Positions 1 to 12,194 of a stretch of 64,000 nucleotides of DNA are shown one piece after another (position 1 is the first letter of the stretch; each line of letters starts with the position of its first letter). Below the pieces are notes generated by a model, which saw only the letters and a list, made by a program, of their open reading frames with translations, was not told where the DNA came from and made no database searches. The position numbers and the translations under genes are program-made. The stretch lies in the NCBI GenBank assembly GCA_001179505.1, contig CDMY01000459.1:1-64000 (forward strand), given 5' to 3'. The DNA is from Vitrella brassicaformis CCMP3155. Its lineage: Eukaryota > Protista > Chromerida.

Positions 1-664
1 GGCTTTGCACTGGATGAAGAGCGACCCGGCAAAGGTGGTGCGGAATGTGCGAGGGCTGCTCAAGAAGGGCGGGCGGTTCGTCGCAGAGTTTGGCGGTCAC
101 GCCAACATACAGTGCATCGTCGACGCACGTAAGCCAGTGCGAGGGAGGGATGGGGTGACTCGATGCCATGCTGCCTTGTTCGTCGTTCAGTGAAGGAGGC
201 GCTGGCTGCCCGCGGGCACTCCGACTTCGACAGCCGGCACCCGTGGTTCTTTCCCACAGCCGAGGAGTACACGGCCCTGCTGGAGGCGAATGGCTTTGAG
301 GTCCGGTCATGTGTGCTGATCGACCGGCCGACACCCCTCCCCACAGACGTCGCCGGATGGTACGGATGAATGGATGTGGACGCAGCCAGGCCGGCAGAGA
401 CGCGGTGGTCATCTATGTTGGTTCTCTGTGGTGCACTGCAGGCTGACGACGTTCGGTGATTCTTTCTTCGAAGGTATAAGCGGCGATGAGCGCGAGGCTA
501 TGCAGCAGGATGCCCAGGAGCGGGCAAAGGGGCGGCTGTATCGGCCTGTGAGTGACGATGTGTTTGGCCGGTGGGAGGGGGAGCTGACTGGTGACGAGAA
601 GGGGAATGTGTGGTTGGCTGACTACGTCCGGTGTAGGGTGCATGCCGTGGCAATCACAACCTGA
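1..664 (+). CDS. SAM-dependent methyltransferase (type 11 / trans-aconitate methyltransferase-like), 3' part; gene starts before the window
   Basis: Spliced read with GT-AG introns 129-190 and 360-441: ALHWMKSDPAKVVRNVRGLLKKGGRFVAEFGGHANIQCIVDA|LKEAL...HPWFFPTAEEYTALLEANGF...RPTPLPTDVAGW|LTTFGDSFF...ADYVRCRVHA*. ALHW, GGRFVAEFGG, PW(Y/F)FP and DYVR are motifs of this family. Confidence 0.78.
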
Positions 665-1157
665 TGGAGACGGGCTAGCGCTTGTCGCATGACGCTTGTT
701 GACCATGATGCATATCGAACCGGCTGTTTGATGCAAACAGTGCGAGTTGACATCGTCGATAATATGGCCTCAAATTGCGTCTTCGGAGGTTTGCAGACCC
801 CTTTGAGTCGTGCGCGTGGCTAGCAGAGGCCTGCCTCCTGGTTGACGTCCCTGTTGGCACGGCCGCATAACGGTGCAGGAGCCATGGTGATGTAAACGCA
901 GGACTCATCTGAGCAGAGGATTGTTTGGAGTTGTCGGCCTTTGCATCGCTCTCTGGGTTTGGCTGAATGATCAGCATACCATGAATCATCTAGCACATAA
1001 TATGTAACATTGATTCAGCCGACCTCACGCGTTGGCCAACACGTGTAGATCGAGACGCCCCCACTCGCATGCACAGTGCCTTCCGTCTGATCAGTATCGC
1101 CCCCAGCCGCCTAAAAGGCCGTATCGAAGGTTTCTGCGAGTTGTTGGGTTGTTGAGG

Positions 1158-3519
1158 ATGGCGCAAGTCGCCGAGACCATGGAGCACGACCCCTATGTGG
1201 TCCAGAACTTCAACTTCGTCCGTATGCTCGGAGCAGGTGAGCCAAAAGAGACGAGAGGGAGGGTGAGAGGAGCCGGGGAAGCGTGAGACACGGCGTGGGA
1301 CGCGATGCACTGAGGGAGGCGGGATGGAATAAGTCGGATGGATGGTGCATTTTGCTCTGTGTGGGTGCGTGGACGCGTGGCTGGATGTATTGGCATATTC
1401 TTGAGGCTTTCCATTACGTACTACCTCCTTTTCATTCTTTCCATCTGTCTGCGTATTCTGTTGGTGTGCAGGTGTCTATAGCTGTGTAGCTGCCGTGACG
1501 AATCGCACGTTGGCTGAGGTCCCCAAGGGCACACCGCTGGCCATCAAGAAGGTGACCACGCCACTGACTGATCATCCTGGGGGAACTCATGGTGACGTCT
1601 CTCTCACCCGCCGTGCATTTGGTGTGATATGGTGCGTTGTTGTGTGCAGATGAGGAAGTGGAACGGGGGCGAGGGCATAGAATCCACCACGATGCGCGAG
1701 GTGAGAGGCCTACCACACGTTGGCAATCCCACACACAACACGACGCACCACAACAAACTCATCTCCTTCACGTCCCCGCCATCTTTCCGTGTATGTGTGT
1801 GTGTGTGCCAGGTGAATGCATTGATGGCGTTGAGGGGCCACATGAAGATCGTCACCCTCCACAAGGTGGACATGGACCCCTCCGACCCCATGGCCACCAT
1901 CGTGTACCTCATCTTCAAGCTGTGCGAGGCCGGCGACCTCGGACGCCTCCGTACCATCTGTGCCAAGGAGAACAAGATCAACTTCCCCTACTGGAACCCC
2001 AAGAAACTACCAAGAACACAGGTACCACACACACAGCGACAACACACACATGGGAGAGGGAGAGGGAGAGGGAGAGGGAGAGAGGCAGGGGCTCACGTGT
2101 TGGTTTGTATGTGTGTGTGTGTTGGTGTGTGTGCAGTGCCGACGCTGGAGCAGTTGGCCCGCGTGATGTACCAGATACTCAACGGCATCGCCTACATGCA
2201 CTGCAAAGGACGTACGCCATCCTGGCACTATGGCGCACATCATACCCACCATTCTTCTGTCCACAGCCAAGTTCTGATGTATCTCTGTATGCGCGTGCGT
2301 GTGTGTGCAGTCATCCACCGTGACCTGAAACCGCAGAACATCCTCATGACCAACAACTGGATCGTCAAAATCGCCGATTTCGGTCAGTCACCGCACACAA
2401 GAGATCCATCCATCCATCCATTCCGCCTCTTTGCTCTCTCTGTGTTCGTTCCCCAGGTTTGGCCCGCACGGTGAAGATTCCGAATAAGTTGATGTCGCAC
2501 AAGGTGGCCACTCAGTGGTGAGCACACAACCCAATACCCTCACACCCTCACACACATACAGACATACAGAGCATCGCACAGTGCATTCAGCAGTGTCTCT
2601 CTCTCTGTGTGTTGGTGTGTGTGCAGGTATCGCCCGCCCGAGTTGTTCATGGGACCGGCCAACTTCAAGTACACCTATGCCCTGGACATCTGGTCAGCCG
2701 ACAAACGGCACAACACTCAGAGAGGGGAGAGGGGGAGAGGGAGAGGGAGGAGACCTGTGCACTGTGGTGTGTGTATGTGTGTGGGTCACGTGCCGTCGTC
2801 AGGTCCACTGGGTGCATCTTCATAGAGTTGACGAGCGGCATGCCGGCCTTCAACGGCCACACTGAGGTGCGCTGCACAACCAAACACCACACACACACAC
2901 ACACACCTGTCTGCCTGTGTGCCCATCTGTCCGTGTCTACGTGTGTGTGTCTGTCTGTGTCTGTGTCTGTGTTGCCACATGTCTGTCAGTTTGAGACGTT
3001 GATGAAGATTCTCAACACGCTGGGCACCCCCACCAATGCCATCTGGCCGGGCAGCGAAGCGTTCACCTACGCCGACCAGTTCAATGTGCGCCCCCCCCAC
3101 ACAAGACAATACAACACAACTCATTCATCTATCTATCTCTCTGTGTGTCTGTGTGTGTGCAGAGTTTCCCCAAGTCTGTGCGCGACCCGCGCGACGGCAT
3201 CACTGCGCTGCTGCGCCGCAGCGACGACTCCATCTCCGAGGCCGCCGGGTACCATCCCTATGGCCGCACCGATGTGGATCGCAACTCACTGCTGGTGGAT
3301 CTGATCACTCGGTGGGCCGGGGAGCGGTGAGGTGGTGTGAGGATCATGTGTGTGATGTGGATGCGGTTGTCTGTGGATGTTCAGTATGTTGCCGTATCAG
3401 CCGGACCGTCGCATCACGGCTGTGCAGGCGTTGTACCACCCCTTCTTCGACATCGTTGACAAGACAAAGTAAGTGGGCCAAGGAGAACACACACACACAC
3501 ACACACATACACACAGACA

Positions 3520-3556
<37 letters not shown>

Positions 3557-4169
3557 CTGGATGGACACGTCTCTTCTTTGCTTCTTGTCGTTTGTGTGTG
3601 CAGGTACCACAACTTCCTGGGCGAGTTGCAGGCCAACTATCCTGAGGGTACGTATACGTATGGTAGAGAGAGGAGACACAAACCCCCTCCCTCCTGCCCC
3701 CCTTGCCCACACACAAAGATACAGAGAGACACAGAGAGAGAGAGAGAGATACCCACCACCCACCCATCACCTCTTCCCCTCTCTCTCTGTCTCCATCCAT
3801 CCATCCCATGTAGGGTTTCCCGTGATGCCGCCGAACCCGCCCTTCCCCGAGGTCAACTACGGCATCCCCGACGACCACATGGACATCGACGATGACAAGA
3901 TGGACATCGACGACGGACCGGCACCGGCCGCCGCCGCCGCCGCCGCCGCTGCTGCTAGCGGTGGTGGCAGTGGCAGTGGCTCCAAGCGCCGCCGTGTCCG
4001 CCGTGGCCCCACACAGGGCAACAACCAGGCTGCCGTGGGCGGGGGGGAGGGGGTGCGGATGTCGCCCCGTCTGCAGGAGAAGCGGGAGAACGGCCAGGAA
4101 CCTATCAATTACGCCCAGCTGTCCAAGGGCAAGGGCAAGAAGCGCGACCGCGACGGCCACGCCAAATAG
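1158..4169 (+). CDS. Divergent CDK-like (CMGC) Ser/Thr protein kinase, multi-exon
   Basis: Exons give LGAGVYSCV (Gly loop), LAIKK, ESTTMRE (PSTAIRE-like helix), IHRDLKPQNIL, KIADFG, ATQWYRPPE, LDIWS..GCIFIEL and RITAVQALYHPFF, followed by a low-complexity tail with basic NLS-like runs; stop at 4169. Confidence 0.87.
3487..3556. repeat. Representative intronic (CA)n-(GA)n microsatellite; dozens of similar tracts occur across the window
   Basis: Seen directly. Other examples: (GA)n at 4395-4453, (ATTGT)n at 4324-4367, (CT)n(GT)n at 32937-32988. Confidence 0.95.
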
Positions 4170-4393
4170 ACCAGCAACACACACCACGCACACACATACA
4201 CAGATGGACGTGCTGAAGGGGGAGTGTGTGTGTGAGAATGCTGTGGCCGCCTGGCTGTATGGTGACTCACTGGTGAGTATGAGTGTTTGTTGTGGTGCTG
4301 TGGTCGTCCGCCTGTCCGTTCGTATTGTATTGTGTTATATTGTGTTGTGTTGTATTGTATTGTATTGTCTCTCTCAGTGATTTTGCTTTTTGG

Positions 4394-4454
<61 letters not shown>

Positions 4455-5367
4455 GTCTGATACACACAGGTCAGCCACACGCACGCAGCTCTGCATCTGT
4501 TTTGATACCATCACACACACCCACACATAACGAAACGCACCCAGGTATTGCGTGGATGGGTGGCTATCAATCTGGTTTTGTTTTTTGGCAGACGGTGAGC
4601 CGAACCGACAAACACACACACACCCGCACACTACACCACACCACACCACCTCTGCCAGCGCCAGTTAGTTGCCCAATGCCGCGGTCTCTGACCTTTGGCC
4701 GCTCTTTGACTGAGCTTTAGGATAGACAGGAGCAGTGATGGGATAGCTAGTGGGTGCTGGGAGGGGGAGGGGTGGTGTGTGTGGCCTGCCTGGGATGTGT
4801 GTGAGTGGACGGACAGACTAACCGACAAGACAAACAGACAGACAGCGCACCCCACACACACAGAGAAACACAGAGACCCTCCGTGCCGTCCCCTTTTTTG
4901 CGCGTTTCCGTGCTGTGGCCGGCCCTGGTGCCTGCCTGTATGCATGCGAGTGTTTGGGCGTGTCTGGTAGTTTCCATGGCTGGCTGGCTCAGTGCTTTGA
5001 TGGATCGATTCGATGCATGGGTTGATTGCATTGGCGCACGTGTGTTTGGCTGCTGGCGGGCGTGGACGATCGATGCGACACTTAGCGAGGCAGACACGCA
5101 AGCGACAGATCGACCGAATCAGCTAAGGAATGATCCATGATTCGTTCGTTCATCCATGCAGCATGTCCTCGTCTGTTCATTCAAACCATCTCAGGTTTCC
5201 AGCAGCCGCAGCACGCACAACCAACATGAAGATGGGCACGACGATGCCGACATCGCCATAGACGTCTCTTTACAACGACCAAACAGCTTCTGTCTGCAAC
5301 CCATCTACGCAGCTAGCTCCTCTGTCCTGTCCCACAGTACACATCACGCCACCCGAACAGCCCGCCC

Positions 5368-6443
5368 CTAGCCCAGGACGTCGACGCGATAAATGAGATA
5401 ACACCACCTGGCCCAGTTGTAGACCAGCCGCACAGCTACCGTCCTGCTCCTCTCATCCCGCCCATCCCCCCGCCGCACAGTCTGCTCGTCTGCCGCCGCC
5501 CGGCTGCCCCAGACCTTGACCAAGAAGACCATCACGTCATCGCTCTCATTCGATGGGGACAGCAAAGTCGACCGATCCATAATCTGCAGAGTGACCATGG
5601 ACAGAAAGGTGTGGTGCGTTGGGGGCGTCCATCGATGTGACCTGACCGACCTCGTATCGGGTGAAGTCCATCAGGAAGGGATAGAGCGTCTCGATCATTT
5701 GCCGAAAGGCCTCGTAGGTCAGCGTGGGACCCACAGGCAGACCTGCGCACAGACAGACACCAAATGAGTCGAATCAAGAATGCACACACACGCACACGAC
5801 GGTCGTTGCTCACCTCCCAGTATCCTCGTCTGCGCCCAATCCATTCGTTCATCGCTCGACGGCTCCCCATGGAGCGTCTGGCGGCCCGCGTGGTTGGCGG
5901 TGAATCGAAAAGTCTCCCTGACGCCGGCATCGTCGGCCGCGTCACGTCGGTCTCTGAGCGCCCGCATGACGTACTCGACGAGCCGACGGGGCGAGGTGAA
6001 CTCGGCTGGCCCTCTCTCGCCCACCGCTCCAACTGCTCCAACCACACAGACAGACACCGCAGACTTGGTTTCCTCTCTGTGCGAGAGTCATCGGTTGGGT
6101 TACCTGGGTCCAAGCCTCTCTTGGCAACTTCGGATCTGAGTTGCAGAGCAAGATCTTCTTGTCCGTCCTCTCCCATCGCTGCACCATCGCCTGACGCGCC
6201 GCCTTCATTGGCAAGAGCTGCAGCCGCTCGTCGTTTCTTGTGCGGCCTGATCTGGGGCAGCAGATCGCAGCGCAGCGACGAGTGGGGCGAGATGAACAAC
6301 ATGTGTGGCCGTGGAAGCCCCTTCGATGAGTCAGTTGCTGGGCTGTGAGGCATACCAGCCACCGTCACCATTGTAAGCGATGCGAAGAGCCGGATGGAAC
6401 AGAAAGCGAAGCTGCTGCCTATCCGTAGGTGTGGAATGGCCAT
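5368..6443 (-). CDS. Hypothetical protein, possibly plastid-targeted; core loosely resembles the plant/cyanobacterial DUF4864-like family
   Basis: Four phase-consistent exons: MAIPHLRIGSSFAFCSIRLFASLTMVTVAG...LRSEVAKRGLDP|VGAVGERGPAEFTSPRRLVEYVMRALRDRRDAADDAGVRETFRFT...|..TYEAFRQMIETLYPFLMDFTRYEVGQ|IMDRS...CYLIYRVDVLG*. The family assignment is from recall only. Confidence 0.55.
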
Positions 6444-6697
6444 CCATACCCTACCTCCTTTGGCATCAACAATTGCGAGCTCCTTAGCGATCCCTGACCT
6501 TTCTGTAAGCGCACAAGATAACGGACGCCACGCGTCCCAGCAACAGCCAACGCGCGGTGCTTACCATGTATCTCTTCTCGTTCATCTCCCGGCTCATCTG
6601 CTCTTCACCTTTATTCTTCTTAGGGGTCTGGCTTCCATCGGGAGATTCGCTCGGAGTTGCCGGCGCCCTTACCGCTGGCTGTGTTGGCTGTCGCAAC

Positions 6698-6734
6698 GCG
6701 TTCGAGAAGCACACTGCCAGGTGGATGCGCTGCG
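6698..6734. repeat. 37-bp dispersed direct repeat, copy 1
   Basis: gcgttcgagaagcacactgccaggtggatgcgctgcg; 36/37 identical to 10190-10226. Confidence 0.92.
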
Positions 6735-6867
6735 TGTCGGTTCTTACGGCTTTGCGGTTGTGAGGCTCAAAGCGGTTGCAACCCCCTCTCACCGTTGGAG
6801 ACCAGCGGAGCCAAGTGGCGCCTCCTCGCTTCGTCCTCTTCCCTCCGTTCCCTTCGCTGCCGTCGTG

Positions 6868-8828
6868 ATGGGAAGATTGTCGTCTTGTTTCGCGTTGGTG
6901 CTCCTCGCCGCCTCAGGTGGACACACAGACACAACAACACGCCACAGCTAGGCGCTGCACACCCACATATGTACCCATGCTTGCTGCCTGCCTGGCTGGA
7001 TGTCATGTGCGTTGTGCCAGCCTTGCTGCCCGAGGCCTCGGCCGCCACTTCCGCCGCCGCCACTGGCACTGGTAAAGGCCAGCCGCCGCCCAGCGAGTCG
7101 AAGCAGCCTGACGTGTCGACCTTGTGCGACTGCTCGACCTTCACCAGCCGTCACCTTCACGACATCTCCGCCGCCGAGAGATCACCCAAGTGGTTCGTCG
7201 CATCCGAGTCGCCCGTGTGCGCGACGAGCCACACGGATGCCGTCATCGATGGCATCACCTTCGCCTCCCCCTGCCTCGCGCTGTGCCAGCAGCAGCACAT
7301 CCGCCACCGCGGCAGCTGTGAGGACATCGACAATGGGGCCTTCAAGCTGTCGGAGGACTTCACCTTCGTCAGCCTCGCTGACATCCGCAGGTCCAAGGCC
7401 AAAGATCGGCAGCTGACGCCGGCGGTCGTCCATCGCTTCCGCTCTGACGGCTACGTGTTCGTCGGGCGCATCACCGGGGGGACGGTGCCGCAAGACCTGG
7501 CTGACGAGGATGACGAGAAGAACGAGGAGAAGGATGAGGAGTCGCAGCCTCGCAAGTATCGGGACGTGATGATTGTGCCGGGGGGTGACACCTACGCTCG
7601 TCTGCTGGCCAGCACCGACGAGGAGGTGCGCCAGAGGCTCATGGACAAGGGAATGCATGATGAAGACCAAGGTGGGTCAGCAGGCAGGCAGGCCGCATCC
7701 ATATATACCTTCCTTGATTGCTTGAGGCACTTCCTCTGTTCACTCTCTGCCTGCCTTGCTTCCCAGACATCCGTGAGGGCAATGCGTCGCTCCCGACCGA
7801 CTGGACAATGAGGCCCAGGCCCGCCCGCGACAGTGACTTCTCTCGCGGTGCCATCAACATGACCACCGACGCTCCAGAGGAGAAGTGTGTGGTGGGCGGC
7901 GAAAGCCGCACCATCGGATCCAAGCAGACGGACTATCCATGGCGTACTTCCGGTTTTCTGTCCATTTCTACGTCGGACGGTGATTTCCGCTGCAGCGGAA
8001 TAGTTGCGGGCAGCCCCATTACAGGCATGACCGCCGCCCACTGCTTCACCAACCGCAAGCCGGGAGGCGGCAACGTCTTCGTAGAAAACTTTGTAAGTGA
8101 TTCAGTCAGTCAGTCAGTCAGTAAGACAGAGAAGGCGGGCCACCGACCATCGATGAAAGGAGCGCTGTTTGTCTGGTCTTTACTTGCCCGGTATGTACGC
8201 ACGGGTACGTCTCTCTCGCGTATCTGCTGACTGATGAAGAGAGCGAGGTTCTGCCCCGGCCAGAGCGGCTCCGAGCGTCCTTTCGGCTGCGTTTCTGTCC
8301 GCCGCATTACGGTGCCCGGCGAATGGCTGAGCAGGCGCAACAGACCCCGCGAGTACGATTGGGGTGTCATGTTGTTTGCTGTCCCCATCGGAGCACAGAC
8401 TGGCTATGTGCCGATCGGAAGCGCCTGCAAGCGGCGGCTCTTCACGCCCAAGATCACCGTATGGATGCTCTCCTACCCGGGGTTCGACGACCGCTCAGAC
8501 CGCCGACGGGTCTTCTTCGAGAAGCGAGGTGGGCAGGCAGGCAGGCAGGCACACACATGCTCATGAATGCGTGCCTTTCTCAATTGACTGTGTGCTCGAA
8601 CCAACAGATGACTTCAACTTCCGGTGCAGGCAGAAGGTGAATCACAAATTTGACACGAATGGCGGAGCAAGCGGCGCCGGCATGACCGAGTTCCGCAACG
8701 GCTACTGGTGGCTGCGGGCAGTACACAACTCTGCGCCCCGTGGCCGATGCCGATCCAACACTGCTGCCAAGATGACCGGCAGAAATTCGAACCAGGCCAG
8801 AGAAATTATCGCAGAGCAGTCGTCGTGA
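6868..8828 (+). CDS. Secreted Kazal-domain + V8/glutamyl-endopeptidase-like (S1B) serine protease
   Basis: Signal peptide MGRLSSCFALVLLAASA; Kazal-like SPVCATS...GITFASPCLALCQQQHIRHRGSC; protease VVGGESRT..DYPWRTSGFL, CSG, TAAHC (His), PGQSGSERPFG, EYDWG (Asp), DTNGGASGA (Ser), AVHN. Splice phases are consistent. Confidence 0.85.
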
Positions 8829-10113
8829 ATATGGGCGGGCGGGCGGGGAGACGGGCAGCCAATGTGCATGTGAGAGGGGCGATGTACAGATGTCCAGACA
8901 GAGGCCAACTTTTTGCTTGCCTGCTTTTGTCTCGCATATATACTGACCCCACATGCGTTGACATCTGTACTTGCCCTCTCTGTCAGCGAGAGAGGAGACC
9001 CCTTGTGTGAGGCTGGCTGCTGTGCTGTGCTGTCCTGTGTGTGCTGCGGCTGACGGGCTGACTGACTGACTGGCTGACTGGTTGCCTACTTGCAGCACAC
9101 ACGTGTATGTCTGTCTGAGGAGCGAAAGGGGAACGGACGATTGTCATCGCACGTACATACTTGGGTCAGCGGGGGGCTCTCTGTCTGCCAGAGAGACACC
9201 TCCTTATGTCTGGCTGGCTGTCAATTTTGGTGGTTACTGCTTTGTTGAGATTGGCGAACGATGGTCGGCGCACCTGTGCTCTAATCTGATGTTGCCTACA
9301 TGGATGGAGGCGCTGCACGTTCCCGCTCATGCATGCCTCCCTGTGTGGTGCGATGTAATGCACGGAAAAATTTTTCCTTCGCCTCCGCGGCATATGTCAT
9401 TCATTCATGCGCACACCCTGATGGACTGACTGGGTGGTGGTTTGGCTGGCTTTATGGATGGAAAGATAGATGAATAGACACATCCATGCATCATATGGCC
9501 GCTTGTCTGTTTAGCCCATTTGTCGCAGTCTCGTATCTATCGGAGACTTGACATGTTCGTAGGTTTGTGGAGTCACATAGGTGGTTAGATTGCCACCCTT
9601 TGTCGCCACCCTGTCTATCCCCCACTTTGTCGCATATGTCTTCTTTCTGTCAATTGCTTGCGTCGTCTCTCTCGACACCGGAGATCTGACACCTTATGTG
9701 TGCATTCTCTCGTACTGTATATAGAAACACAGCAGTGTACTGTTTGTCTATATTTGTGTGCGTGAGGATCGGATCATACGAGGCGAACGAACGCGCGTCT
9801 CCGCATCGGAAATTGCCATATAGACACTGTATCATGCACTGCATGCAGTTGAAGCACCCCTTCCGTCGGAATCCTTAGTCGCAGCCGAAAGAAAGCACAC
9901 CCTTCCCACGGTGACACCCCATCGGTTGGTTGGTTGGCTGGTTATTGTGTTTAACGAGACTCGTGTCTGCCATCGGACCGCTTATGTCACCTCGGGCCGT
10001 GCTACTATTGTGCACTAATTCGGAGCAGATCTGCGTGCTGTTTGCAAATCATCGATGTTCCGCTCTTGGTCTGTCGCGCGCACTCGTCATGGGATGGGAG
10101 CATCAGTAAGAGA

Positions 10114-12194
10114 ATGCCGCTGCTACGTGTGGAGGGCGTCATCTTCACACTCGAAGCGCACTGCCAGGTGGCCACGGCAGGAGAGGCGGGCGTTCGAGAA
10201 GCGCACTGCCAGGTGGATGCGCTGCGGCGTCATGGGCGCTTTGCCCATCTTCATGACGACAGCTGCAAGCGAAGAAGGTCCGCAGATCCGCACGCAGACG
10301 CAGAGAAGGCATCTCAGGTCGTTTGTAGTTTGCGCCTGTGTTTGCATCTCTCTGTCTGCTTGTGTGTTTGTGGTTGCAGCATCACCTTCAAGTGAAGACG
10401 GTGACGCGTGGAGGAGTGAAGATGCTGAGGCTGATCAGGGCGAGGACACTCACGATGACTCAGATGCGTCAGAGGTCGGTGACGATGAGGATGCCGATGC
10501 CCTCACAGCCAACGACGAGACGGCCACGCCGCCCGAGAAGGCGGCGCCTCCCCACCAAGCCGATAAGGCTCCCCCGCCCGCAGACGCTGCACCACCGACC
10601 AAGCCAGCAGAGGGGGACAAGGACACAACTCTCTCTGAGCTGGAGACCGACAAGCTTCGATCAGCAGACGAGGCGCCAGCCGCCCCTCCTGCCGATGATG
10701 TGGCGGTGCCTCCCCCTCCCCCGTCTGAGCCATCTGTGATCACCGGCGGGGCCATCCAGAGCTACTCGGAGCTGTACCTGCCGACGGTGATGATCCACGC
10801 GCCGTCCAGCCGTCCGTATGTGCAGGGGTCTGGGGTGATCGTGTACTCGGGGGAGGCGCCCAAGCCGGCGGCGACGGGCAAGAAGGGCAAGGGTTCTGGT
10901 GGTGGTGGTGGTGGTGACGCCGAGGCTGCACACGGGGATGAGGAGGCCAGATATGCCACCTACATACTCACGAACCATCATGTTATCAAGGTAGGTGGGT
11001 GGGTGGGCAGGGAGAGGCATGGAATGGAATGTGGCACGAAGCGGCGGAAAGAATGTTCTTGTTCGGTTTGTCAGGACTGCATCCACTACGAGCATGAGTG
11101 GGACCCGATCAAGAGAGGTGGGTCGCTGCACTGCACTTACTGACAGACAGGCAGACAGGCGGCGGGCTGTAGATACCTCTGTGTGTTTTCAGCCGACAGG
11201 AAGGTTGAGAAGAAGGTGTCAGTGGAGGTCATCATCCCGCAGCACCTGTCGACCTACAAGATCATCGGCAAGATGACCATCACCGCCGACATCGTCGCAT
11301 ACTGGCCCGGATCGGAAAAGAAACAGTACTCGAGGTGATGAGTGAGCATGGAAACGCAGACAGGGGTGCACCCCTGTATGTGGCGCTTTACATCCCTGCC
11401 GGTGTGTGTGCGTGTGTGTGCCTGAAGGGACCTAGCCTTGTTGCGGCTGCGTGACACGGACCACCAGTACATAGCGGCCTATCTGCTGCCCAAAGACGCA
11501 CCCGACAAGCCAGCAGTAAGCACCGACCCATCCATCCACCCGTCTGTTGTTGATGCTTTTTGTCCTTTTGCCCCTGTGTCACTCACTGACTCACTCAGCC
11601 GTTGGACCAGGTGCAGGCGGTCGGCTTCCCCGGCGGTGTGGGGCCGATATTGACAGAGGGATACATGTCACGGTACTGGACGGATGAGTACAACTACGAC
11701 TGGTGGACGTACTCCGCCATGACAACACGGGGAAACAGGTGAGTGAGGTGGGCGGGCAGAGAGGCTGCCCCCATAGCTGTCTGTCTGCATATCGGTGTGG
11801 GTGGTGCGTCTCAGTGGTGGCGGAGTGTTTCGTTGGTCGTCTACCCGAGGCCACTGGGAGTTGGTGGCCCTGTCGGCTCTCGTGTATGCCGTGCCCGGCA
11901 ACCCTTCACACATAGGCCATGCCATTCCGATCACCAGGTGGGAGAATCGGGCCCATTCCACCCATATATATGTGTGTCTGTGGCTGGCTTGCTGTACTGT
12001 ATCATGGCATCTTGGTCAATCAGGGCGTATGATCTGATGCGGATCCACGGCCTGTCATTCATATATGAGAAACCAAGGTACGTCCACCCAGACAGACGTG
12101 ACCACGGGGGTGGCTCGTGTATGGTGCTTATTTCCCCTTTTGCTCACATGGATGCAGTGGCCAGACGTGGGAGCAGGTCTCAGGGTCAGCATGA
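10114..12194 (+). CDS. Trypsin-like (Trypsin_2 type) serine protease with an acidic/Pro-rich N-terminal region; N-terminus not resolved
   Basis: Exons: ELYLPTVMI..GSGVIVYS, YILTNHHVI (His), DCIHYEHEWDP, ADIVAYW, DLALLRL (Asp), VQAVGFPGG..ILTEG, RGN|SGGGVF (Ser), WELVAL, RAYDLMRIHGLSFIYE; stop at 12192-12194. Confidence 0.82.
10190..10226. repeat. 37-bp dispersed direct repeat, copy 2 (plus a partial third copy at 10154-10171)
   Basis: gcgttcgagaagcgcactgccaggtggatgcgctgcg; the partial copy aagcgcactgccaggtgg lies about 45 bp upstream. Confidence 0.92.

Noticed and set aside
675-989. 104-aa minus-strand ORF
   Set aside because: No motif and no splice support.
1629-4193. Long ORFs containing HTHT, VCVC, ERER or LSLS runs (here and across the window)
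   Set aside because: These are read-through of intronic microsatellites, which lack stop codons.
9650-9844. Short coding-looking minus-strand ORF and three tttgtcgc motifs at about 9518-9633
   Set aside because: No recognisable domain or linked exons; the motif is too short to distinguish from chance.
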